DNA of 64,000 nucleotides from Dehalococcoidia bacterium (GTDB lineage Bacteria > Chloroflexota > Dehalococcoidia > Lucifugimonadales > Australimonadaceae): contig CBDEVR010000002.1 of the NCBI GenBank assembly GCA_965243745.1, forward strand, positions 1,237,986 through 1,301,985, given 5' to 3'. This document shows, piece after piece, positions 7,114 to 16,369 of the stretch. Position numbers and translations under genes: made by a program. The notes beneath the pieces were generated by a model. It ran no database searches and had not been told where the DNA came from. It was given only the letters and a program-made list of their open reading frames with translations. Numbering within the stretch: the first letter of the stretch is position 1; each line of letters starts with the position of its first letter.

Positions 7114-9831
7114 GTGGCAACGAAGCGTGGCGAACGGGCAGGGAACACGCAGGTGCGGGCCCTGCGGAACATCCTGGACATGGAGGCCGCCAACGGCTTC
7201 CCTGACAAGGCCGTCACAGGCGGGCTCGACCGCTTCCTCGAAACACTGCGCGGGCAGGCAGGCGCGGACCCGGCGCTGAGAACGCTGGACGAGCGCGGCC
7301 TGCTCTCCGTCGCCTACGCCGAGCTTGACCTGACACGGCGCGAACGCTGGGCAGGCGAGGTCAGTCGCTTCCTCGGCGACGCCAGGCCCACCGCTCATGC
7401 CCCGAAGCGCTCCGCCTCGCCGGGACCCCCGCCCGCCGCCCCACCGGACCGGGACCCGCTCGACGTGCCCCTGAGCACCTTGCGGAGCGTCAATCGCACG
7501 CAGGCCGCCGCCATCCGGCGAATGCTCATCAGGCGGCGCATGCTCACGCACCCCGGGGAGACCACCGTCGGCGACCTCCTCTACCTCTTCCCCCTGCGCC
7601 ATGCCGACCGCAGGGAGCGTACCGCCGTCGCCAGACTGCGCGTGGGGGAAGAACAGACGATCGAGGCCGCGCTCTGGGAGGCGTACGAGGTGCGGCTGGG
7701 GCGCGGCGGGCGCATCCGCGCCACCCAGGCCGTCGTCGGCGACGACTCCGGCAACATCCGGGTGCTCTGGTGGGGCAACCCGTGGATCGCGCAGCAGCTC
7801 AGGAAGGCGATCGCCGCGACGGCGCACACGCCCAGCGGCGTCCCCCGGGTCGTGCTCAGCGGCAAGGTGACCGTGTTCCAGGGCAAGAAGCAAATGGAGT
7901 CGCCGGAGTGGGAGCTGGCGGGGAGCGGCGACGCCTCCGGTCTCCACACAGCGGGCCTCGTCCCGTTCTACCCGACGGCCCCCACGACGAAGGGCAAACG
8001 CATACCGCCCCGCAGGATGCGCGAGATCGTCCGCGAGGCACTGGACAACACAAAGAAAGGCGGCGGCCTCCGCATCCCGGACCCGCTACCGGACGCCGTG
8101 CGCGAGGACGTGGGCCTCCTCACGCTCGGCGAGGCCATCGAACGGGCGCACTACCCGGACTCCGAGGACGCGAAGGAGCAGGCGCGGCGGCGACTCGCCT
8201 TCGACGAGTTTCTCGCGATCCAGCTCCGGGTCGGCATGGAGCGCAACTACACGTCCACTCAGGAGGGTATCGTCCTTCCCTTCTTCCCCCCGATGGTGGA
8301 GTCGTTCATCGCGTCGCTGCCGTTCATCTTGACGCAGGGCCAACGCGACGCGCTGGACGAGGCGATGCAGGACGTGTCGAGCGGCGGCAGGCCGATGAAC
8401 CGAGTGCTACAGGGCGACGTCGGTTCCGGCAAGACCGTGGTCGCCGTGGCGATGCTGCTCGCCGCTGTCGCGGGCGGCTACCAGGGCGCGATGATGGCCC
8501 CCACCGAGGTGCTCGCGGAGCAGCACTTCTTCAACCTGCGCCGCCTGCTCGGCGGCCCGGAGCACTCCTTGGAGAACCCGGACTGGTTCTCCGCTGTGTT
8601 GAAGGGTAGAGAAGAGCCCATCACCGTCGGCCTACTCACCGGCAGCACACGTGCCGCTCCCCGCCGCGAGATACTCAGGATGGCGGAGGACGGCTCGCTG
8701 GATTTGATCATCGGCACCCACGCGCTGATCCAGCGGCAGGTGGCGCTGCCGAACCTCGCCCTCGCCGTGGGCGACGAGCAGCACCGCTTCGGCGTCCTCC
8801 AGCGCGATGCGCTCCGCGGCAAGAGCGCCGTCGGCGAACCGCACCTGCTCCTCATGTCGGCCACGCCCATCCCGCGCACGCTCGCCCTGACGCTTTATGC
8901 TGGCCTGGAGATATCCACGATTCGGGAACTGCCGGCGGGGCGGCAGGCGATACTGACCCGCCGCGTCGACCTCGCCCGCGCCTCGGACGCCGAGCACTAC
9001 CTGCTGGCGCAGGTGCGCGAGGGACGCCAGTGCTTCGTCGTCTACCCTCGCATCGACGACGCGGACGATCGCTACAACGGCATTGATGATGACGACGATA
9101 CCGCGGACGAGGACTCCGACCTCGTTCCCGAATCCGCGTCGCTGCCTCCGCTCACCGCGGTTGCGGAGTACGAGCGCCTACGTTCCACCACCCTCGCGGA
9201 CGCGCGCGTCGGCCTGCTCCACGGGCGGATGCCCCTCCCGGAGAAGCAGGCCGTCATGGACGCGTTCCGGGCAGGGGAGGTCGACGTGCTCGTCTCGACC
9301 CCAGTCATCGAGGTCGGCATCGACGTGCCGAACGCCACGGTGATGATGGTCCAGAGCCCCACGCGGTTCGGACTCGCCCAGCTCCACCAGCTGCGGGGAC
9401 GCGTCGGGCGCGGCGCGCACCGCAGCTACTGCTTCCTCGTGTCGGAATCGGAAGACGAGACCTTCCAGCGCCTGAGCGAGGCGCGGCAGCGCCGCGTGGC
9501 GAACGGCGACGACTGGCGGGAGGTCGAGCAGTGGTTCCGCGCAGCCCTCGCGCAGGCGGAGTCGAGCAGGAATCGGCTGAGAGTATTCGTGGACAACAGC
9601 GACGGCTTCAAGATTGCGGAGGAGGATCATAAGACTCGGGGCCGTGGAGACTTCTTTGGCACGCGCCAGTCCGGTCGCGCCTTGGATGATCTTGGTGACC
9701 GGGACCTGCTCGAAGCGTCGCGCGAGCACGCCGGACACATCCTCGCTGCCGACCCCGAGTTGAGTACGCTCTCCGGCCTCCGCGATGCTGTCGACCGGCT
9801 CACCGCCGCCGTGACGGACGAGATGGCATAA
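7114..9831 (+). CDS. recG: ATP-dependent DNA helicase RecG
   Basis: Walker A GDVGSGKT, DEQH box, QLHQLRGRVGRG, RGRGDFFGTRQSG. Start uncertain: in-frame GTG 7114 or ATG 7180. The listed 6910 start overlaps the upstream gene. Confidence 0.9.
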   Translation: MATKRGERAGNTQVRALRNILDMEAANGFPDKAVTGGLDRFLETLRGQAGADPALRTLDERGLLSVAYAELDLTRRERWAGEVSRFLGDARPTAHAPKRSASPGPPPAAPPDRDPLDVPLSTLRSVNRTQAAAIRRMLIRRRMLTHPGETTVGDLLYLFPLRHADRRERTAVARLRVGEEQTIEAALWEAYEVRLGRGGRIRATQAVVGDDSGNIRVLWWGNPWIAQQLRKAIAATAHTPSGVPRVVLSGKVTVFQGKKQMESPEWELAGSGDASGLHTAGLVPFYPTAPTTKGKRIPPRRMREIVREALDNTKKGGGLRIPDPLPDAVREDVGLLTLGEAIERAHYPDSEDAKEQARRRLAFDEFLAIQLRVGMERNYTSTQEGIVLPFFPPMVESFIASLPFILTQGQRDALDEAMQDVSSGGRPMNRVLQGDVGSGKTVVAVAMLLAAVAGGYQGAMMAPTEVLAEQHFFNLRRLLGGPEHSLENPDWFSAVLKGREEPITVGLLTGSTRAAPRREILRMAEDGSLDLIIGTHALIQRQVALPNLALAVGDEQHRFGVLQRDALRGKSAVGEPHLLLMSATPIPRTLALTLYAGLEISTIRELPAGRQAILTRRVDLARASDAEHYLLAQVREGRQCFVVYPRIDDADDRYNGIDDDDDTADEDSDLVPESASLPPLTAVAEYERLRSTTLADARVGLLHGRMPLPEKQAVMDAFRAGEVDVLVSTPVIEVGIDVPNATVMMVQSPTRFGLAQLHQLRGRVGRGAHRSYCFLVSESEDETFQRLSEARQRRVANGDDWREVEQWFRAALAQAESSRNRLRVFVDNSDGFKIAEEDHKTRGRGDFFGTRQSGRALDDLGDRDLLEASREHAGHILAADPELSTLSGLRDAVDRLTAAVTDEMA

Positions 9832-9838
9832 TGCACCC

Positions 9839-10954
9839 ATGCGCGTCAGCAAGATGGAATGGCGGGGCGTCCGCGTCCCCCTGCGGCAGCCCGAGCTAGC
9901 CCTGGACCCGTCCAAGGCGGGCCGCAACGCGCTGCTCATCTGGATGCACATGGACAACGGTCTTGTGGGCGTGGGCGAGGCAGCCACCGCTGGGCCCGGA
10001 CGCCCGCCCCGCATCGCCGACCTCGCGGCGCTCCTGCACGACCTCGCCCCTTCGGCGCTGGGCCTGCACCCCGCCGTCGCCTTCGACATCCTCTCCGCGC
10101 TCGCCCCTCCCGGCTCGACCGGTAACGCGCTCCGCTTCGGGCTGGAGACCGCCGCGTTCGATGCCATGGGCAAGAACGCGGGACGCCCGGTGACCGACCT
10201 GCTCGGCGGCGTCATCGACTGGACGCCGATGGTGGGCCTGCTCGACTTTCTCCCGCCGGACGCGGCCGCGGAGCAGGCACGCGTCGCGGTGGAGGACGGC
10301 TACGAGTGCGTCAAGGCGTCGCTCGGCGCGCGTGACGCCGCTACGGATGTCGAGATCATCCGCGCCATCCGCCAGGCGATCGGCGACGACGTGGCGCTCC
10401 GCGCCGATGCGGACGAAGGCTGGACGGCGGAGCGCGCCATCCACACGGTCGAGCGGCTCGCTCCCTTCGACCTGGACTTCGTGGAGCAGCCCGTCATCGC
10501 GGAGGACATGAGCGGCCTCGCGCGCATCCGCAGCGTGTCGCCCGTGCCCATCGCCGCGGACGAGGCCGTCGGCGTGATGAGCGACGCCGTCAAAGTCGTG
10601 GAGGCGGAGGCGGCGGACGTGCTCGTGGTGAAGGCGGCGCAGGCGGGCGGCATCCGCGCCGCACAGGCCATCATGGCCTACGCCGCGCAGAACGGCCTGC
10701 GGAGCACTGTCTCCGCGTCGCTGGAAACGGGCGTCGGCATCGCTGCGGGCGTCCACCTCGCCGCTTCGCTCGGCAAGGCCGCTCCCGCGAGCCTCGGCGG
10801 AGGAGCCCGGCTTGAGTGCGACCTCCTCACGAAGCCGCTCGTCCCCGTTCGGGGGCATATCACCGTGCCGCACCTGCCCGGACTCGGCGTTGAGGTCGAC
10901 CAGGACGCGGTGGACCGCTACGCGACCGAGGTGGCCGGCGTCATCGCAGGCTAG
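9839..10954 (+). CDS. enolase-superfamily enzyme (mandelate racemase/muconate lactonizing family, OSBS or dipeptide-epimerase-like)
   Basis: Metal-ligand pattern RADADEGW, DFVEQP, IAADE typical of MR/MLE C-terminal barrel. Confidence 0.75.
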   Translation: MRVSKMEWRGVRVPLRQPELALDPSKAGRNALLIWMHMDNGLVGVGEAATAGPGRPPRIADLAALLHDLAPSALGLHPAVAFDILSALAPPGSTGNALRFGLETAAFDAMGKNAGRPVTDLLGGVIDWTPMVGLLDFLPPDAAAEQARVAVEDGYECVKASLGARDAATDVEIIRAIRQAIGDDVALRADADEGWTAERAIHTVERLAPFDLDFVEQPVIAEDMSGLARIRSVSPVPIAADEAVGVMSDAVKVVEAEAADVLVVKAAQAGGIRAAQAIMAYAAQNGLRSTVSASLETGVGIAAGVHLAASLGKAAPASLGGGARLECDLLTKPLVPVRGHITVPHLPGLGVEVDQDAVDRYATEVAGVIAG

Positions 10955-11035
10955 CCCCCGTCAGCCGTGCCTCTGCTATCATCCGCAACGGCCCGCCGGA
11001 ACCTCCCGGCCGGGCCGTCTATCGAGAGGGCAGCG

Positions 11036-12184
11036 ATGAAACTCCACGAATACCAGGCCAAGCAGTTGCTGGCCGCGTACGGCGTCCCTGTGCCGGAGAA
11101 CTACGTTGCGGCATCGGGCACCGAGGCCGCGACGGCTGCGGAGCGGCTCGGCGGCAGGGGCGTCGTCAAGGCGCAGGTGCACGCTGGCGGCAGAGGCAAG
11201 GCAGGTGGCGTGAAGGTCGCGTCCAGCCCGGCGGAAGCCGCAGAGATCGCCGGGTCGCTCATCGGTTCGACGCTCGTGACCTTCCAGACGGGGCCGCAGG
11301 GCGTGCCTGTCCACCAGGTGCTCGTCGAGCAGACGATGGATATCGAGCGCGAGCTGTACCTGAGCATCACCACCGACGGCGGGCGTCGGCGCCCGGTCGT
11401 CATCGCGTCGGCTGCGGGCGGCATGGAGATCGAGGAGGTCGCTCAGACCGAGCCCGAGAAGGTGCTCACCGAAGCCATAGACCCCGCCATCGGCTTCCAG
11501 CCATTCCAGGGGCGCAGGCTGGCCGCGGGACTCGGTCTTCCTCCTGCGCAGGTACGCCCGTTCTCCACCCTCGTGGGTGCGTGCTACCGCGCCTATACGG
11601 AGAAGGACTCCGGGATGATCGAGATCAACCCGCTCGTCCTCACGAGCGATGGGCAGTTGCTTGCGCTCGACGCGAAGATGGACCTCGACGACGACGCCCT
11701 CTTTCGCCACAAGGCGGAGGCCGGGCTGCGCGACGCCAGCCAGGACGATCCGCTCGAGGTGGAGGCGTCGGAGGCCGGCATCGCCTACGTGAAGCTGGAC
11801 GGCAACGTCGGCTGCATGGTGAACGGGGCGGGGCTCGCCATGGCGACGATGGACATCGTCAAGTTCGCAGGCGCCGAGCCGGCCAACTTCCTCGACGTGG
11901 GAGGCGGCGCCGCGGAAGAGAAGATCAGCCATGCCATCCTCCTCATGCTCTCGGACTCCAACGTCGAGAAGGTGCTGGTCAACATCTTCGGCGGCATCCT
12001 TCGCTGCGACATCGCCGCGCGGGGCATCGTGGACGCCTACGGCAGGGCCGACCGCCAACCGCCGCTCGTCGTACGGATGCTCGGCACCAATGTCGACGAA
12101 GGGAAACAGATCCTCGCCGAGTCGGGACTGACGGCGACGATGGTGGACACACTGGAAGAGGCGGCGGCGGCCATCAAGGGGTGA
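11036..12184 (+). CDS. sucC: succinate--CoA ligase subunit beta
   Basis: Internal ATG gives [23 protein letters not shown]-grasp and ligase-CoA domains ([10 protein letters not shown]). Confidence 0.95.
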   Translation: MKLHEYQAKQLLAAYGVPVPENYVAASGTEAATAAERLGGRGVVKAQVHAGGRGKAGGVKVASSPAEAAEIAGSLIGSTLVTFQTGPQGVPVHQVLVEQTMDIERELYLSITTDGGRRRPVVIASAAGGMEIEEVAQTEPEKVLTEAIDPAIGFQPFQGRRLAAGLGLPPAQVRPFSTLVGACYRAYTEKDSGMIEINPLVLTSDGQLLALDAKMDLDDDALFRHKAEAGLRDASQDDPLEVEASEAGIAYVKLDGNVGCMVNGAGLAMATMDIVKFAGAEPANFLDVGGGAAEEKISHAILLMLSDSNVEKVLVNIFGGILRCDIAARGIVDAYGRADRQPPLVVRMLGTNVDEGKQILAESGLTATMVDTLEEAAAAIKG

Positions 12185-12194
12185 TGGAGCAAGC

Positions 12195-13070
<876 letters not shown>

Positions 13071-13081
13071 GATAGGGGAGT

Positions 13082-13103
13082 GCAGAGGGGCGAGCCCCTC
13101 TGC
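13082..13103 (+). terminator. GC-rich hairpin after sucD
   Basis: gcagagggg-cgag-cccctctgc starts 12 nt after the stop. No U-tract. Confidence 0.4.
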
Positions 13104-13129
13104 TGCCGAAGGAGACGAGAGGCGTCGGC

Positions 13130-14314
13130 GTGGTCCTTCAGGAGTGGCAGGCCGTGAACCGTGGGGCACTGTTGGCGGAAGAGCGGCGCCGGTACGGTGC
13201 ACGCCGGCGCGCGAACCATTCGGGCGCGCTCCTGCCGGAATACCTGCTCGCGCGGCTGTGGCGAGCGAAGGAGGGGCGTTCACTGCACACGGTGGATGGC
13301 AGGCGTGTGAAGGTGCTGTACGCAGGCCGTCCCGCGCCTGGCCACGGCCCTGATTTCCAGGACGCCGTGGTCCGCATGGATGGCGAGCGCACGGCGGGGA
13401 ACGTGGAACTGCACCGTAAGCCCTCGGACTGGCATGCGCACGGCCACGATGCGGACCCGGCCTACGACGACGTCATGCTGCATGTCGTCGCGCAGGCGGA
13501 TGGTGCGGGACCCGGCGTTCCGACCGCCGAACTCAGCTGGGCTGAGCATCCCGGTACGGCTGAACCGCCGTTGATGGCGCAGCTTGCGCGAGCGTCCTCC
13601 GGCGAGCTCCGGGAGATGTTCCTACGCTCCGGCATGGCGCGCTTCCGCGAGCGCGTGGAGGCTGCGCGCCGCAGCGTCGAAGAGACCGGAGATGAGCAGG
13701 CGTTGCACGAGGCCGTCTTCGACGCCCTCGGCTATGCGGAGAACCGTGCGCCATTCCGCCGGCTCGCCGGAGCTGTTCCTGCCGTCGCGCTGCTGGGCCT
13801 GGCGCGGAGCCTCCCTGTAGACGAGCGTGCCGCAGCCCTGGAGCGCCTGCTGCTCGACGCGTCGGGACTTGACAGTGAGGCACAACGGCCTCACGGCGAC
13901 CGTCCTGCCTGGAAGACGGCAGGCGTGCGTCCGGTGAACCATCCGCGCGGTCGCATCCGCGGTGCGGCGGCCTTGCTGGCCCGTGTCTCCGAAGAGGGTT
14001 TGCTGGCTGCATGCCGACGAGCGGTTGCCGGGGGCAGCCCGGCGCTGGAGCAATTGTTCGTAGTGGAGGGTCCGGAGCAGGCGCTCATCGGCGCGGGCCG
14101 GGCAAGAGAGATCGTCGTCAACGCGGTGCTGCCGCTGCTCGCGGCGGTGGGCGACCCTCATGCAGAGGACCTTTTCATGCGATATCCGGCACTCCCTGAA
14201 AACACGCTGACCCGGGAGGCACGCCGACTTACAGGGGCGAAGGGGATGAGGCTCTCGGCGTGCGAGCAGTTGGGGCTTCTACGGCTCTACCGCGGCAGCA
14301 TCGCCGACGGCTGA
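13130..14314 (+). CDS. DUF2851 family protein
   Basis: GNVELHRKPSDWHAHGHDADPAYDDVMLHVV matches my recollection of the DUF2851 core. Confidence 0.7.
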   Translation: MVLQEWQAVNRGALLAEERRRYGARRRANHSGALLPEYLLARLWRAKEGRSLHTVDGRRVKVLYAGRPAPGHGPDFQDAVVRMDGERTAGNVELHRKPSDWHAHGHDADPAYDDVMLHVVAQADGAGPGVPTAELSWAEHPGTAEPPLMAQLARASSGELREMFLRSGMARFRERVEAARRSVEETGDEQALHEAVFDALGYAENRAPFRRLAGAVPAVALLGLARSLPVDERAAALERLLLDASGLDSEAQRPHGDRPAWKTAGVRPVNHPRGRIRGAAALLARVSEEGLLAACRRAVAGGSPALEQLFVVEGPEQALIGAGRAREIVVNAVLPLLAAVGDPHAEDLFMRYPALPENTLTREARRLTGAKGMRLSACEQLGLLRLYRGSIADG

Positions 14315-14322
14315 TCGGTCCG

Positions 14323-14892
14323 CTAGGCCGCGTAGATGAGCCGCAGCCCGCGCAGTACGAGACGGGGCAGGAATGAGAGCAGCCGGATCAACGCTGCCAT
14401 CGCAAGCGACCCCGCGACCCCGACGGCTGCCCCGGCCAGTACGTCTGTTGGGTAGTGCACGCCCGCGTAGACCCGCGCCAATCCCCAGCAGAAGGCCAGT
14501 GCGTACAACGCTCCGCCCAACCGGCGATGACGCAGGAATACGGCCGTGGCAAGCGCGAAGCCGACCGAAGCTGTGTTGGAGGGGAACGACGGGTCTGTCG
14601 GCGCATAGAAGAGTAGCGTCAGGTCGTTATCCACGAAAGGCCGTGGGCGCTCGACGATACCGTTGATGATGGTGGTGATGGCGTTGGCTGCGCCGATACC
14701 GCCCGCGGCGATCATCGTCGTGATCTGGTTCAGCGGGCGGGTCTCATGTGTGCCCGTCATCCAGAGCGCGACGAGCACCAGGCTTCCTGTCACAGGAACG
14801 AAGTAGTCGCTCACCAGCACTTCCATCACCCCGTCGAACAGAGCGACGTTGCTGACCCCCGAATTCAGAAAGCGAACTATCGCGCCGTCCAT
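14323..14892 (-). CDS. PAP2 family phosphatase (undecaprenyl-diphosphatase-like)
   Basis: Internal ATG 14892 (MDGAIVRFLNSG). PAP2 motifs RPRP, PSFPSNTASV, ARVYAGVHYPTD. Confidence 0.85.
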   Translation of the reverse strand: MDGAIVRFLNSGVSNVALFDGVMEVLVSDYFVPVTGSLVLVALWMTGTHETRPLNQITTMIAAGGIGAANAITTIINGIVERPRPFVDNDLTLLFYAPTDPSFPSNTASVGFALATAVFLRHRRLGGALYALAFCWGLARVYAGVHYPTDVLAGAAVGVAGSLAMAALIRLLSFLPRLVLRGLRLIYAA

Positions 14893-15329
14893 CAGCGCGA
14901 CCCCCTGATTGTTGCCTTGATGCGAGCAGCGAGTGCTCGTGCGAACGTCGTGCGCTCCAACCACGTGAGCCCGGCAGGTGGACAGCGCTCCTCGGTGGGG
15001 TCCCAGCCATGCGAGGCGCCCCACCGGTGGTTGACTACGGATGAGACCCCGATCTGGATGAACAAGGAGACCGTTGCCGCCAGCGCGAACCACCGAGCCT
15101 GTTCGACGCCGTCCAAGCCAGCCCCCGTATCCGGCAGGTTGCGGTCCTCGCTGATGAAGAACCACGCGAACGCACCGATCACGATGAGCGCGGAGCAGAC
15201 CTTCGTCGCGGTGGGCCACCGCCGCAGGATGACGAAGCCCCACAGCCCGTTGTTGGCCGCGGCGTACTGCGCCACCCCAAGCGTTCCGAGGGCGACCCAC
15301 AGGGCGTACGCGGCCTCGAAGTCGGACAT
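14892..15329 (-). CDS. hypothetical membrane protein
   Basis: 145 aa with several hydrophobic spans. Stop overlaps the PAP2 start (TGATG). No recognised family. Confidence 0.55.
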   Translation of the reverse strand: MSDFEAAYALWVALGTLGVAQYAAANNGLWGFVILRRWPTATKVCSALIVIGAFAWFFISEDRNLPDTGAGLDGVEQARWFALAATVSLFIQIGVSSVVNHRWGASHGWDPTEERCPPAGLTWLERTTFARALAARIKATIRGSR

Positions 15330-15336
15330 CCCGGAA

Positions 15337-16278
15337 CTACGCCCCGAGCAGCGCCTTTGGTTGCACCGGGGTGCATTCGTGCAGATACGAGGGGTTCTGG
15401 CCGCGCACGATGGGGAAATAGAGTTCCTGGAGCCGCTGTGTCACGGGCCCCACACCCCCGTTGCCGACCGGGCGGTGGTCCACCGAGCCGACTCCCTGGA
15501 CGTGCGCGGCGGTGCCGGAGAGGAAGACCTCGTCAGCCGTGTACAACTCGCTGCGGTCCACGAGGCGCTCTTCCACCTTCATCCCCAGTTCGTCTTCAAG
15601 GAGGCGGATCACTGTGTCGCGCGTGATACCGGGGAGAACGTTGCTCTCCAGCGTGGGTGTTGCGACGGCGTTGCCATGCACGAAGAAGATGTTCTCCCCC
15701 GTGCCCTCGCAGACGTGGCCGTCCATGTTCAGCATGATGGCCTCGTCGAACCCTCCGGCGATCGCGTCGGTCTTTGCGAGGATGGAGTTGAGGTAGAGGC
15801 CGCTCAGCTTGAAGCGGGGCGGCACCATCGTGTCGTCGATGCGGCGGTACGACGCCACGCAGCAACTGATCGCGCCGCTGGCGTCCAGGTAGTTGCCGAA
15901 AGGCACCGCGAGGCAGAAGAAGCCGTCGCCCAGCGAGCGGAGGTTCAGGTTGGCCACTTTCTCCTCGGACTTGTAGGCGACGGGGCGTATGTAGAGGTCC
16001 TCGGTGTAACCGGAGCGCTCGACGAGCCCGGCCGTAACTTTGCACAGGTCGTCCAGGCTGTACGGCACGTCTATCCAGAGCATCTTGCAACCCCGCAGGA
16101 GCCGCTCGTAGTGCTCCCGGAGCTTGTAGATGTACATCGTCTCGTGTTCGGGGTTCCAGTTTCCGCGGATCCCCTCGAAGACGGCGGTGCCGTAGTGGAG
16201 CGCATGGGTCATGATGCCGACCTTGGCCTCCTCCAGAGGCACGTAGTCGCCGTTCATGAACGCTATGGGGGTCGCCAT
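15337..16278 (-). CDS. ilvE: branched-chain amino acid aminotransferase (class IV)
   Basis: HALHYGTAVFEGIRGNW, YIRPVAY, EGTGENIFFV class IV motifs. Confidence 0.92.
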   Translation of the reverse strand: MATPIAFMNGDYVPLEEAKVGIMTHALHYGTAVFEGIRGNWNPEHETMYIYKLREHYERLLRGCKMLWIDVPYSLDDLCKVTAGLVERSGYTEDLYIRPVAYKSEEKVANLNLRSLGDGFFCLAVPFGNYLDASGAISCCVASYRRIDDTMVPPRFKLSGLYLNSILAKTDAIAGGFDEAIMLNMDGHVCEGTGENIFFVHGNAVATPTLESNVLPGITRDTVIRLLEDELGMKVEERLVDRSELYTADEVFLSGTAAHVQGVGSVDHRPVGNGGVGPVTQRLQELYFPIVRGQNPSYLHECTPVQPKALLGA

Positions 16279-16339
16279 GGGATTCGCCTGACTTCCGTAG
16301 GTGCGAGGCCCTGAGTCAGAGTCCTCAGAAGCAGGTGTG

Positions 16340-16369
16340 ATTATAGGAATCCTCCTCTGGGAGTGTCAA
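16340..16369 (-). promoter_or_regulatory. sigma70-type promoter for ilvE
   Basis: Minus strand reads TTGACA-N18-TATAAT. The -35 overlaps the comEC stop codon. Confidence 0.5.
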
